62,531 nucleotides of DNA, filler included, from Actinomycetota bacterium (GCA_009886115.1; 6 parts of 6 records of this genome joined end to end with filler, not necessarily neighbours in it), one strand, 5' to 3'; numbered from the whole stretch's first letter, positions 43,854 through 53,275 are shown. Numbers and translations: made by a program. Notes: generated from the letters alone by a model not told the origin.

Positions 43854-44381
43854 CTAGTCGAGGAAGGCGACTCGGATGGTGGGGCTGGGACCGTTGACCC
43901 GCCAGCTCCCGTCGGCCTGTTGTACCTGGACCGAGACGAACACGAACCGGACCTCGGTCGAGGTGAACGACAGATCGATACTGCGGGCAGCGAGCCCACC
44001 GGCCGTGCGGCACAGCGAGCGGGTGCTGGTGGACAGGTCGCTCAGGTCGGACCGTTCCCAGGTGACCCTGATGCGAACGCAGCGTCCGGTGAATAGGTCG
44101 TCGTGGTAGAGCAGGCCCTGGACCCGTGCGGTGATCGGCCCGGTGAGCGACGTGCCCGACCATGAGACGGTGCCCGGTTGGGTCGGCGCTCCGAACAGGT
44201 GCGGGTTGTTCCCGAAGTCAGCAGCGCCGCCGTCGAGGGTGATGTTGTCGGTGTCGAGATTCCCGGCGGCATAGGCCGGGGAACCAGCCACACCGGCCAG
44301 CACCAGGGTGCACACGCCGACCACCGCAGCGATCAGGCGCAGCTTCCGGCGGGGAACTCGAAGCGTTCGTGTCGTGGCCAT
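43854..44381 (-). CDS. Secreted hypothetical protein (175 aa)
   Basis: Signal peptide RRKLRLIAAVVGVCTLVLAGVAGSPAYA; beta-rich mature region with two Cys. Confidence 0.7.
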   Translation of the reverse strand: MATTRTLRVPRRKLRLIAAVVGVCTLVLAGVAGSPAYAAGNLDTDNITLDGGAADFGNNPHLFGAPTQPGTVSWSGTSLTGPITARVQGLLYHDDLFTGRCVRIRVTWERSDLSDLSTSTRSLCRTAGGLAARSIDLSFTSTEVRFVFVSVQVQQADGSWRVNGPSPTIRVAFLD

Positions 44382-44574
44382 GGCCTGTGCTCCAACTCGT
44401 GAGGTCGATGTCTGCTCACGACTACGGGAGAACGACCCGATCCGTTCACGTGCTCGAATGCATCGCCCACATAGGCCCGGTCGTCGGGAAACTGAGCACC
44501 AACTCGGGCATTGACGTTCTCGCCGCCGCGACCATGGGCATGCTCTTGGAATCCGCTCCCGAATCTGAAGGTCT

Positions 44575-44679
44575 TCACCCGAACATCACGACCGGGTCGA
44601 GCTCGTCGCCACGGACGACGAACACGCCGTCATCGGGCCCCGGGGTGAGCCGTACCCGTGGTGAGCGGTCCAGCGCCAT
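44575..44679 (-). pseudogene. Leaderless 5' gene fragment
   Basis: TAGCTT -10 box 7 nt before ATG 44679; MALDRSPRVRLTPGPDDGVFVVRGDELDPVVMFG*. Confidence 0.4.
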
Positions 44680-44846
44680 GAGCACGAAGCTATCGCCGGG
44701 AACCCAGGAACACTGGGGCCGCTGCGGGGTATCGGCGTTCCACGCGGCGTCCGATGACGAGGTCGACGCGCTGTGCGAAGCGCAACTCGTACGGTTCGAC
44801 GAGGTGGTCGTGTTCCGGCGTGTCGACCTCGAAATGGTTGGTATCG

Positions 44847-44946
44847 NNNNNNNNNNNNNNNNNNNNNNNNNNNNNNNNNNNNNNNNNNNNTTAATTAATT
44901 AANNNNNNNNNNNNNNNNNNNNNNNNNNNNNNNNNNNNNNNNNNNN
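44847..44946. other. Artificial contig-joining spacer
   Basis: N44-TTAATTAATTAA-N44. Confidence 0.98.
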
Positions 44947-45786
44947 CTTCGCAGCGGATCGGCCGATCTGATCGTCGCCACCGACGTCGCCGCGCGGGGC
45001 CTCGACATCGGTCAGCTCAGCCACGTCGTGAACTACGACGTGCCGTCGGCTCCCGACTCGTACGTCCACCGGATCGGACGGGTCGGGCGGGCTGGTCGTC
45101 CCGGGGTCGCGATCACCCTGGTCGAGCCCCGCGAGCATCGGTTGCTCAAGAGCCTCGAGCGGGCGACGAAGCAGAAGATCGCCGTCGAGAAGGTGCCGAC
45201 CATCGACGACCTCCGGGCTCGTCAGCTCGAGCTGACCCGAGCCACGGTTCGCGACGTGCTGGTGGCCGGCGACCTCGAGCGGTTCCGTGTCGTCGTCGAG
45301 TCGCTCTCGGACGAGTTCGACGTGATCGACGTGGCGCTGGCCGCGGTGAAGGCGCTCCACGAGGCGGCCGGGACGGTCGACGACGGCGAGGAGATCCCCG
45401 ACGTCCGACCGGCACCGGAGCCGACCGCGGCCAGGGACCGTCCCGGAGCCAGGCCCGGGGGTCCGGGAGCCACGCCTGGGGCCGGGGGGCCCGGGAAGCC
45501 CGGCGACCGACCGGCCCGGCCCGAGCGCGGGCACCGGGCCGCGGGCGCGGGCACGACCCGGCTGTTCGTCGGGGTCGGCCGCTCGATGGGCATCCGTCCG
45601 CAGGACCTCGTCGGCGCCATCGTCAACGAGACGACGGTGTCAGCGCGCGAGATCGGGTCGATCCACGTCGCCGAGCGGTTCTCGCTCGTGGAGGTGCCCG
45701 AGGTCTCCGTCGAGGAGGTGATCGCGGCGTTACGGGCCACCACGTTGCGCGGCAAGCGCCCGACCGTGCGCCGCGACCGATCCTGA
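44947..45786 (+). CDS. deaD: DEAD-box RNA helicase (DeaD/CsdA-like), 3' part with a DbpA RNA-binding domain
   Basis: [14 protein letters not shown] (motif V), [12 protein letters not shown] (motif VI), RLFVGVGR...[10 protein letters not shown]...IGSI...FSLVEV. Confidence 0.9.
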   Translation, partial: LRSGSADLIVATDVAARGLDIGQLSHVVNYDVPSAPDSYVHRIGRVGRAGRPGVAITLVEPREHRLLKSLERATKQKIAVEKVPTIDDLRARQLELTRATVRDVLVAGDLERFRVVVESLSDEFDVIDVALAAVKALHEAAGTVDDGEEIPDVRPAPEPTAARDRPGARPGGPGATPGAGGPGKPGDRPARPERGHRAAGAGTTRLFVGVGRSMGIRPQDLVGAIVNETTVSAREIGSIHVAERFSLVEVPEVSVEEVIAALRATTLRGKRPTVRRDRS

Positions 45787-45793
45787 GCATTCT

Positions 45794-45841
45794 CAACTGT
45801 CAGCGTGGCAGGCCGTATCCGGGCCCTCACGCTGACAGTTG
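45794..45841. terminator. Palindrome between convergent genes (bidirectional terminator or REP-like)
   Basis: CAACTGTCAGCGTG-N20-CACGCTGACAGTTG, perfect 14-bp inverted repeat. Confidence 0.7.
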
Positions 45842-45858
45842 GAGGTGTTGTCGAGCGA

Positions 45859-48198
45859 TCAGAACAGCTCGAGATCGCCCATCGTGAGTGACCAGTCGGC
45901 CAGGGGCGGCATCGTCTGGTCGGTGACTGACTTCCACGTGAGCGTCGGGCCCTGGCCGGGCACGGTCACGAACCCTCGGTCGAAGCGGGTCCCCAACCCG
46001 GAGGGGCCCGACCCACTGCGCAGGAGGTAGTGGGCCCCGCCCGACCGGGCCGCTCGGGCAACCGCAGCCACGAGCGCCTGCGCCGACCGGGCATCGTCGG
46101 GTGCGGTGATCACGTCACCGAGGACGGCTTCGAGCGCGGGGCCCCGCCTGCGCAGACGGAAGAACGCCACGCCGGCGCCACGGTCGACGGTGACCGCGCG
46201 GTAGGGCAGGACCTCGGAGCCGTAGCGCCAGCGGAGGTATTCGAGCGTGCGATGCGTCTGCAGACGTGCGTCGCCCGCGGCGCCCGCATGGCCCGCGGCG
46301 CCCGCATGGGCCGTCGCCTCGATGAGACCGACGAGAGCCTGATCGGCCAGGACCTCGGCTGCGGGTGACGCGACGTCGGTGGGGGCCGACCATCGATCGG
46401 CCGCCACCTTCGCCCGGACGATGCGCATCGGTGCGGTGAACGAGAGCGGTCGGATGGCCGCCGGCACCTGGGCGACCACCTCCCATCCCATCTTCAGGTA
46501 GCCGGGGCGGCTCTGGTCGTTCGGCGTGTTGAACACGAAGGCGATGCCCTCACGCTCGAGCTCCTCGAGCGCCTGACGGGTGAGCACCGTGAAGATCCCC
46601 ATGCCTCGATAGTCGGGGTGCGTCGCGGTGTCGACGGCCCGGACGGCACGCACGATCCGCCCGTCGCGGACGAACTCCCAATGCAGCATGGTCCGGAACC
46701 CGGCGATGCGGTCACCCTCGAAGGCGATCCACACCGGCGAGGCCCCGAACGGGTTCTCGAGGTGCTTCCAACGGAAGAACCGGCGATAGCTGTCGTCGTT
46801 GGTCGCTCCGAGCGACGCCGACAGCAGCTCGAGCACCTCGCCCTCGTGCTCGGGCCCGCCGCGCTCGATCCGCAGGTCGGGTCGGCGCCGTGGGGCTCGG
46901 GCCGGGCCTCCGGCCGCTGCGGTCGCTGCGGTCGTGGGTGCCGCAGCCGTCACCTCGTGTCGGCCAGCCTGAGATGGCCGGCGGGAACGCCGGGCTCCCG
47001 GGCGGGTGACCGAACGGTAGATCTCCTCGATCCGGCGCGTCGCGGGCTCGACACCGAATGCGTGGCTCCGGTCTGCGGCCGCGGCTGCCATGCGGGCCCG
47101 CATCGCAGCGTCACCGGTGATCTCGAGGTAGGCGCGAGCGAGGAGGTCGGGCCGTGACGGCGGAACGAGCAGCGCCTCGACGCCGTCGGTCACGGCCTCC
47201 GGCACGCCACCCACGGTCGTGGCCACGACGGGGAGCCCGATCGCCAGGGCCTCCATGAGCGCAACCGGCAACCCTTCGTGGATCGACGACAGGGTGAAGA
47301 CGTCGCAGCCGGCGAGGATGCGTTGGGCGTCCTCCCGGTAGCCGAGCAGCTGGAACCCCTCACCCAGCTCGAGCTCGCCGTGACGGGCGGTGATCTCGGC
47401 TTCGAGCGGTCCCTGGCCGACGGCCACGAACCGGACGGGCGCCCCCGAGTCGATCGCCGTGCGGGCCGCCTGCAACAGGTCGGGATACGCCTTCTGGACG
47501 CGGTAGTTGGCGACCGTTCCGAACAGCACCTCGTGCGAGCCGATGCCGAGCTCGTCGCGCACGTCGTCGCGGTGACGGCGCTGGGCCCGCACGGCTTCGA
47601 GGTCGACGCCGTGCACGACGACCTCGGTGATCGCCTGCAACGACGCGGGAATCGTGGCCCGTACGCCGTCGGACACCGCGACGTGCGCCGCGTCGAGCCG
47701 GTACGTGATGCGGTTGGCCCAGTAGGTGAGGCGGGAGTAGCGCTCCCAGACGTTGTGCTCGGTGGACATCACGACGGGTCGGACCCGCCGGGGGAGCGTC
47801 CGAACCACGACCCGCGTGACCGCGGCGACATAGGGCGAGTGGACGTGCACGACATCGACCGGCGACGCGACCAGGCGTCTCCGGAGGCGTGTCGCCCAGC
47901 GGGGGTCGAGCTCTCGTTCACCCTGGAGGCATTCGACGGGGACATCGACCGCTTCGAGGTCGTGGACGAGCTTGTCCTTCCACGGCACCAGGTACGCGGC
48001 CTGGTACGCGAACCGATCGCGATCGCGGGCGCGGGCGAGGTTCACGAGGAGCTGCTCGGCCCCGCCGGGTCCCAGACCCTTGATGATCCAGAGGATCCGC
48101 AGCGGTGGAGCCGGCGCCGTGACAGCCGGCACCGTCCCGGCCGGCGCCGGGGGGTCGGCGTCGCCGGGGTGACGCTCGCCGCTCAACTCATCGCCCAT
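45859..48198 (-). CDS. GT4 glycosyltransferase fused to a GNAT acetyltransferase
   Basis: LGPGGAEQ, VHVHS, TEHN, VHGVD, QKAYPDL, SIHEGLPVALMEALAIGLPVVATTVGGVPE (GT4 ExxxxxxxE); then WKHLENPFG, AVDTATHPDYRGMGIF, FVFNTPNDQSRPGYLKMGW (GNAT). Confidence 0.85.
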   Translation of the reverse strand: MGDELSGERHPGDADPPAPAGTVPAVTAPAPPLRILWIIKGLGPGGAEQLLVNLARARDRDRFAYQAAYLVPWKDKLVHDLEAVDVPVECLQGERELDPRWATRLRRRLVASPVDVVHVHSPYVAAVTRVVVRTLPRRVRPVVMSTEHNVWERYSRLTYWANRITYRLDAAHVAVSDGVRATIPASLQAITEVVVHGVDLEAVRAQRRHRDDVRDELGIGSHEVLFGTVANYRVQKAYPDLLQAARTAIDSGAPVRFVAVGQGPLEAEITARHGELELGEGFQLLGYREDAQRILAGCDVFTLSSIHEGLPVALMEALAIGLPVVATTVGGVPEAVTDGVEALLVPPSRPDLLARAYLEITGDAAMRARMAAAAADRSHAFGVEPATRRIEEIYRSVTRPGARRSRRPSQAGRHEVTAAAPTTAATAAAGGPARAPRRRPDLRIERGGPEHEGEVLELLSASLGATNDDSYRRFFRWKHLENPFGASPVWIAFEGDRIAGFRTMLHWEFVRDGRIVRAVRAVDTATHPDYRGMGIFTVLTRQALEELEREGIAFVFNTPNDQSRPGYLKMGWEVVAQVPAAIRPLSFTAPMRIVRAKVAADRWSAPTDVASPAAEVLADQALVGLIEATAHAGAAGHAGAAGDARLQTHRTLEYLRWRYGSEVLPYRAVTVDRGAGVAFFRLRRRGPALEAVLGDVITAPDDARSAQALVAAVARAARSGGAHYLLRSGSGPSGLGTRFDRGFVTVPGQGPTLTWKSVTDQTMPPLADWSLTMGDLELF

Positions 48199-49361
48199 GA
48201 CGCGTCGACGTGGATCGGCGCGAGACGGACGATCGCGGCCGGGCCATGGTCGAGATCGGGGCCGGCCACGTCGATCGTGAGGACCGGCTGCCAACCGAGG
48301 AGGTCGGCCTCGTCATGGTCGAACATCCCGCACCACAGGTAGTACCGCCCCCGGGGAAGCGGCAACCGCTGGATCTCGCAGGTGATCTCCAGCCCGCCGT
48401 TCTCGATCTCGACCCTGCGGCCCAGGAGGACGATGGGATTGGCCGTGCCCTGGGTGAGACCGAAGAAGAACCGGCCGCGCTGGAACCCGTCGGCGTTGAG
48501 GCGGAATCGGAGATGCAACGGCTGCTGGGTCTTGGGGATGTCGCCGTTGGGGTCGCTGGCCTCGGCCGAGAGCAGGTGCACGGGGTCGTTGCTCGATGCG
48601 ACCGCCCCGTGGGCCTTCTCCTCGATGGTTCGGCGATAGGCGCCCATGACATCGCGGATCGGCCCGTCCATCTGGACGACGCCGTCCTTCAGGTAGATGC
48701 CACGCTTGCACGTGGCCTCGACGGCGGCGAGGTCGTGGGACACGAGCACGAGCGTCGTGCCCTGGGCCATCACCTGGCGCATCCGGTCGAGGCACTTCTG
48801 CTGGAACGATGCGTCGCCCACGGCGAGCACCTCGTCGACGAGCAGCACGTCGGGTTCGAGGAAGGCCGCCACGGCGAACCCGATGCGCATCTGCATCCCG
48901 CTCGAATAGAACTTCACCTGGCGGTCGATCGCATGCTCGATCTCGGCGAAGTCGACGATGGCGTCGAAACGGCGGGCCACCTCGTCGCGCTTCAGACCCA
49001 GGAATGAGCCGGCGAGGTAGATGTTCTCGCGCCCCGACAGCTCGGGGTGAATGCCCGCCTTGACCTCGATGAGCGCCCCGACCCGTCCGCACACGGCGAC
49101 GTCGCCGGCGTACGGGTACATGACCCGGTTCAGGATCTTCAGCAGCGTCGACTTGCCGGAGCCGTTGGCCCCCAAGAGGCTCAGCGACTCGCCCGGCTGG
49201 ATGTGGAAGTCGACGTCGCGCAGGGCCCACCGGTGACCGCGGTGACGCCGGGTGCTGGGGTTGGTGAACCCCTGGATCTTGTCGCGAAGCAGCTTGCGGG
49301 AGTCGTCGCCCTTGAACCGCTTCCACACCTGGTTGGCGACGATGGTCCCGTCAGGCAACAT
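48183..49361 (-). CDS. wzt: Polysaccharide ABC exporter ATP-binding protein with a Wzt C-terminal domain
   Basis: WALRDVDF, GANGSGKST, HPELSGRENI, VKFYSSGMQMR, LLVDEVLAVGDASFQQKC. Confidence 0.92.
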   Translation of the reverse strand: MLPDGTIVANQVWKRFKGDDSRKLLRDKIQGFTNPSTRRHRGHRWALRDVDFHIQPGESLSLLGANGSGKSTLLKILNRVMYPYAGDVAVCGRVGALIEVKAGIHPELSGRENIYLAGSFLGLKRDEVARRFDAIVDFAEIEHAIDRQVKFYSSGMQMRIGFAVAAFLEPDVLLVDEVLAVGDASFQQKCLDRMRQVMAQGTTLVLVSHDLAAVEATCKRGIYLKDGVVQMDGPIRDVMGAYRRTIEEKAHGAVASSNDPVHLLSAEASDPNGDIPKTQQPLHLRFRLNADGFQRGRFFFGLTQGTANPIVLLGRRVEIENGGLEITCEIQRLPLPRGRYYLWCGMFDHDEADLLGWQPVLTIDVAGPDLDHGPAAIVRLAPIHVDASWAMS

Positions 49362-50439
49362 CGGCGATCCCCGTCTCGAGCCGCTTGAACACCCGGTACC
49401 CGACGATCACCATGACCACCGACGTGATGGCGCCGAGACCGAGGAGGCCCCACTGGGGAGCCTGGCCGTAGAGGACCGCCCGCCGATAGCCGTCGATCAC
49501 CGGCGCCATCGGGTTGAGCGCGGCGTAGACGCCCCGCCACGACTCGGGAATCTCGGTGATGGGGTAGGCCACCGGGGTGGCGAAGAGCCCGAGCTGGAGG
49601 ATGATCGGGAGCAGGTGCCGGAGGTCACGGAGGTACACGACCACCGACGAGAACAACAGGACCATTCCGAGCATGAACACGAGCTGCACGAGCAGGAGCA
49701 CGGGCACCCAGTAGGTGGTGGCTTTGGGCGCAAAGGTCTGCACCGCGAAGAGGATGAAGAGCGCACTCGACGAGAAGATGGTGTCGGCCAGGGCCGAGAA
49801 CATCCCGGCGATGGGGAAGACCTCTCGGGGGCAATACACCTTGTTCAGGAGCGAGCCATTGGTGATGAGGCTCATCCCTCCCGCCGAGATCGACGTCGAG
49901 AAGAAGCCCCAGGGGAGCAGACCGATGTACGAGAACAGGGCGTAGGGCACGTCGCCAGTGTCGATGTTGGCCACACGCTTGAAGAAGATCGTGAAGACCA
50001 GCATCAGGGTGACCGGCGTGAGGATCGTCCAGGCGAAGCCGAGGAACGCCTGCTTGTAGCGCGAACGCAGGTCGCGCTCGACGAGCGACCGCACCAACTC
50101 GCGGTGCGCCCAGACCTCGCGAATCGATTGCAGCAGGCTCACCTTGCGCTTGAAGATCGTCGCCGGGTCGGGCTCGGCGGGCACCTCACGAACAGGCGGG
50201 GCCTCGATGGTCTCGAACGTGCTCGGCGCGTCGGTGCTGGCGGTGCCGTTCAGCGGGGGGGTCGGACGAGCGTCGGGCTCGGGCTCGACGGTCTGTCGCA
50301 GGGACGGCATCGTAGGGAGCGCCGGAGCCCACGACGGGGGGGGCGGCGGAACCGGGACCGCGACCACCGCATCCTCCTCGGACGGGACGGTTGGAGCGAG
50401 GTTTGGCGTCAGCTTGGGGGATCGCACAGTTTCGGACAT
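49351..50439 (-). CDS. wzm: Polysaccharide ABC exporter permease with a Pro-rich N-terminal extension
   Basis: RELVRSLVERDLRSRYKQAFLGFAW, LLNKVYCPRE, RDLRHLLP, LNPMAPVIDGYR, FKRLETGIADV. Confidence 0.92.
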   Translation of the reverse strand: MSETVRSPKLTPNLAPTVPSEEDAVVAVPVPPPPPSWAPALPTMPSLRQTVEPEPDARPTPPLNGTASTDAPSTFETIEAPPVREVPAEPDPATIFKRKVSLLQSIREVWAHRELVRSLVERDLRSRYKQAFLGFAWTILTPVTLMLVFTIFFKRVANIDTGDVPYALFSYIGLLPWGFFSTSISAGGMSLITNGSLLNKVYCPREVFPIAGMFSALADTIFSSSALFILFAVQTFAPKATTYWVPVLLLVQLVFMLGMVLLFSSVVVYLRDLRHLLPIILQLGLFATPVAYPITEIPESWRGVYAALNPMAPVIDGYRRAVLYGQAPQWGLLGLGAITSVVMVIVGYRVFKRLETGIADVA

Positions 50440-50907
50440 CGGTTCTCACGAGGTGCCGGGTGAAGAGGACTGGTCGACAGGAATGTCGGATCGGAATCGG
50501 TATCACTGTAGGGCGCGTTCGGATCGCCTCCGCGCCGCTGGCTGTCAGCGGCGTGCTTCCTCGATCGCCAAGCGGGCACTGGCGCCTCCAATATTGCATT
50601 CCGTCGCCGTCGGTGCGCGAACGGCACCCCGAACGGGCACGCCCGGGACGAAGGCACCGAGGTCGGGCCCACCACCGGATCGAGGGCGGCGCCGAGCCCG
50701 TATCATGGCGTGCACGTCGCGCCGCGGGTTCAGCCCAGAACGCCCCAGCGCGTTCGAGTCGACACTTCCGGTGGTTCGGACATGTGCCACGATGCTGCTC
50801 TCGGCGATGTCGAAGCCCACGAACCGACGGGGGCCTGGAGCGCCCTTCGCCCTTCACCCGGGTTCGAGAGCCCGGCACTGCACGACGTGAGTCGCAAGGA
50901 GATCGAG

Positions 50908-51251
50908 ATGGCGGACGAGAGCGCGAGAGGACGGATCGGGCTCGCTGAAGCGCTCGACGCGACGACCGACCGCGTGATTCGCTCGCTCCCCGATCTGCTC
51001 GAGATCCCGACTGATCGGTTGCGTCCCGTCGAGCCTCGCGGAGATCACGACGAGCTGATCGTCGCCATCGGCGCGCCGGCGCGTACGGCCCTGGAAGCCC
51101 TGGCAGCGGGCGCGCTCGCGCCCCCCATCGCGGTGCTGGTCGGACTGCTCCACGCCCTGCTCGCTCGGTACACGAGGGACTCGGTCGTGGCCGTGGCGGT
51201 ACCCGACGATGGCGGATGGTGCCTCGTCCCCTGCGAGATCGACGTCGAGGC
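50908..51251 (+). CDS. 5' partial protein beginning with an NRPS condensation-domain-like segment
   Basis: AAGGAG RBS, ATG at 50908; LLEIPTDRLRP...LLHALLARYTRDSVVAV resembles the LxLPTDRPRP...LLxRYS part of C domains; cut by the contig end. Confidence 0.5.
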
Positions 51252-51351
51252 NNNNNNNNNNNNNNNNNNNNNNNNNNNNNNNNNNNNNNNNNNNNTTAAT
51301 TAATTAANNNNNNNNNNNNNNNNNNNNNNNNNNNNNNNNNNNNNNNNNNNN
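51252..51351. other. Artificial contig-joining spacer
   Basis: N44-TTAATTAATTAA-N44. Confidence 0.98.
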
Positions 51352-51409
51352 CCCCGGCCTCGGCCTCGGCCTCGGCACTGCCGACCGCTCTCCCCGACCG
51401 TTCGAGGAC

Positions 51410-51612
51410 CGTGACGCCGACCGTCGTCGAGACGGCCAACCAACCCGATCCGGCGCTCCGGGAGCCGGACCTCGAGACCCGCAGGAAGAGCTGATGAGAT
51501 GCATCGTGTTTCACAACGGAGAGACACGACCTGGGGTGACGACGGTGACGTTCACCGCGAGGGTCAGACCGTCGTCGTCAACGAGGTGCCCGCGGAGGTC
51601 TGCGAGACTTTG
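51410..51612 (+). pseudogene. Decayed DUF4258 + YgiT/MqsA-type zinc finger (toxin-antitoxin-like) pair
   Basis: ...VVETANQPDPALREPDLETRRKS* overlaps (TGATG) MRCIVFHNGETRPGVTTVTF, then after a frameshift HREGQTVVVNEVPAEVCET; one Cys is lost from each CxxC. Confidence 0.55.
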
Positions 51613-51631
51613 AGACCGTCACTGGGGATAC

Positions 51632-51733
51632 GCGGGCCGAGCCGGGGTTCACCCGGTCGTCACGGCGCGGTGCTGGAGTTGGCTGTCGCCCCAGCTGGGC
51701 AGCGCCGAGGCGTGGAGGTTGCCCAGGCCGCCG
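51632..51733 (-). repeat. Duplicated 3' end of the 53191-54294 gene (direct repeat, copy 1)
   Basis: 102 bp with 12 mismatches against 53174-53275 (manual alignment); encodes GGLGNLHASALPSWGDSQLQHRAVTTG*. Confidence 0.9.
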
Positions 51734-51757
51734 TGGACGAGAGCCTGGAGCGGGGGC

Positions 51758-52348
51758 TCAGCTGCGGGCGAAGGACACGAGCGGCTTGATATCTCCACGG
51801 TCGGCATGGTGGAGGGCGTCGAGATACGCGGCGCGGAGAACGTCGGTCGTCACGCGATGTCCGGCGCCCCAGCTGAAGGGTTCTTGGCCGAGGCCTCGGG
51901 CGAGGTAGTCGGCGGCGATTCGTCCGTGCCTGCCGTTTCCGTTGGGGAAGGGGTGGATGGCGACAAGCCGATGGTGGAAGCGGATGGCGAGCTCGTCGGG
52001 TGGATAGGTACGGTCCTCGACCCATGTCCGGGCGTCACCGGTGAGGGCGCGGACGCTTATGGCGATCTGGTGTGGGTCGACACCGATGTTGGTTTCGCGC
52101 TGTCGATAGCGGCCGGCCCATCGCCACACCTGGCGGAACATGGCCCGGTGGAGGTCCCGCAGGTACTTGTCGTCGAGGAGCTGCTCGGTGGCGGGTGGGC
52201 GGCGGCGGAGGAGCGCGTCGGCGATGTTGCGTTGCTCAGCGTCAAAGAGCTCGCCGCGTGTCGAGATGTAGGTCGGGATGAGCTCTGCGCTGTCGTCGGC
52301 GGAGAGTGCCGTTTGTCCGTCTCCGGCGGGTACGAGTCGGCCGGTCAC
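51758..52348 (-). CDS. Mobile mystery protein B (Fic-domain protein)
   Basis: GTG at 52348 (GTGA overlap): DGQTAL...LIPTYISTRGELFDAEQRNI, LHRAMFRQVWRWAGRYR, FHHRLVAIHPFPNGNGRHGR (Fic motif). Confidence 0.9.
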   Translation of the reverse strand: MTGRLVPAGDGQTALSADDSAELIPTYISTRGELFDAEQRNIADALLRRRPPATEQLLDDKYLRDLHRAMFRQVWRWAGRYRQRETNIGVDPHQIAISVRALTGDARTWVEDRTYPPDELAIRFHHRLVAIHPFPNGNGRHGRIAADYLARGLGQEPFSWGAGHRVTTDVLRAAYLDALHHADRGDIKPLVSFARS

Positions 52349-52815
52349 GATTCGTTGGTGGTCTCGGTCCAGAGCCCGCGCCGGTCGAGGTAGTGGTCGG
52401 CGACTTCGACGAGTTGTGCTCGGGTGTCGTCGGGCCCGACGGCCTGGTCTTCGAGGCGCATGTGGTGGGCGACGCCGGCGAGGTGACTGGTCGCTTTTCG
52501 TAGCGCTTGGGCCCGCACCATGTCGTCGAGGCTGGTGCGGGGCACCAGCGCGTAGGCGAGGTCGCAGCCGAGAGCGTCGGCGACACGGCGGAGCGTGTCG
52601 AGCTTGATCGTCCCGAGCTCCTCGCTGCGTTCGAGGTCGATGATCGACGGCTGGCGGATCCCGAGGCGGGCGGCGAGCTCGCCGCTCGACATGCCGAGCG
52701 CGTCGCGAATGGCCCGGATGTACCCGCGTGGCGGACGCGGTTGGTTGACGAGGGGCCGAAACGGCCTGAGGCGGTTGTCGAGGTGCCGGCGAGCAAGCGC
52801 AAAGGTTCGAGGCAT
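52345..52815 (-). CDS. Mobile mystery protein A (XRE HTH)
   Basis: PPRGYIRAIRDALGMSSGELAARLGI...ERSEELGTIKLDTLRRVADALGCDLAYALVP...HHMRLEDQ; leaderless TAGAAT -10 box. Confidence 0.9.
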   Translation of the reverse strand: MPRTFALARRHLDNRLRPFRPLVNQPRPPRGYIRAIRDALGMSSGELAARLGIRQPSIIDLERSEELGTIKLDTLRRVADALGCDLAYALVPRTSLDDMVRAQALRKATSHLAGVAHHMRLEDQAVGPDDTRAQLVEVADHYLDRRGLWTETTNES

Positions 52816-52902
52816 GGCTCATTCTACAGGTTGCGACCTCTTGATCCTGAAATATCAACAAGGGTATAGCCTGTTGCTAATGGCCCTTCCGATAGGCTAT
52901 GA

Positions 52903-53103
52903 GTGATAGAAAGGCTGCTCGCGCACGGCTCGTCGGAACGCGATCGTGATGTGGTGCGTCTCGTGGCGCTCGATCGGTCGACATCGGAGATCGCGTCCGC
53001 GCTCGGGGTGACCGAGGCCGCGGCACGAAAGCGGGTCTACCGGGCGCGTCGTCGGTTGGCCGAGTTGCTCGACGGGGCCCAGGACGGGGATGGCGCCGCG
53101 TGA
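52903..53103 (+). pseudogene. C-terminal (region 4) fragment of an ECF sigma factor
   Basis: ERDRDVVRLVAL...STSEIASALGVTEAAARKRVYRARRRL; region 2 is missing. Confidence 0.6.
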
Positions 53104-53173
53104 GCCGGCGGGGCGGGCGCCGTTTCCTGCTCGCCTCGTACTCGGGCTCGTTCCGCCCCGTCGCAGGCTGAGC

Positions 53174-53275
53174 GTGGGTCGAGCCGGGGTTCACCCGGTA
53201 GCGACGGCGCGGTGTTGGAGTTGGCTGTCGCCCCAGCTGGGCAGGGCGACGGCGTGGAGGTTGCCTTGGCCGCCG
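53174..53275 (-). repeat. Direct repeat copy 2 (functional 3' end of the gene)
   Basis: Encodes GGQGNLHAVALPSWGDSQLQHRAVATG*. Confidence 0.9.

Larger units (their letters stand above)
51632..53275. mobile_element. Small insertion carrying mobile mystery proteins A/B, bounded by ~100-bp direct repeats of a host gene 3' end
   Basis: Direct repeats offset by 1542 bp; cargo is mmpA/mmpB plus a sigma-factor fragment; no integrase present. Confidence 0.55.

Noticed and set aside
50440..50900. Riboswitch or ncRNA in the long wzm/NRPS-like intergenic region
   Set aside because: No recognisable conserved riboswitch motif by eye; an Rfam/Infernal scan would be needed to exclude one.
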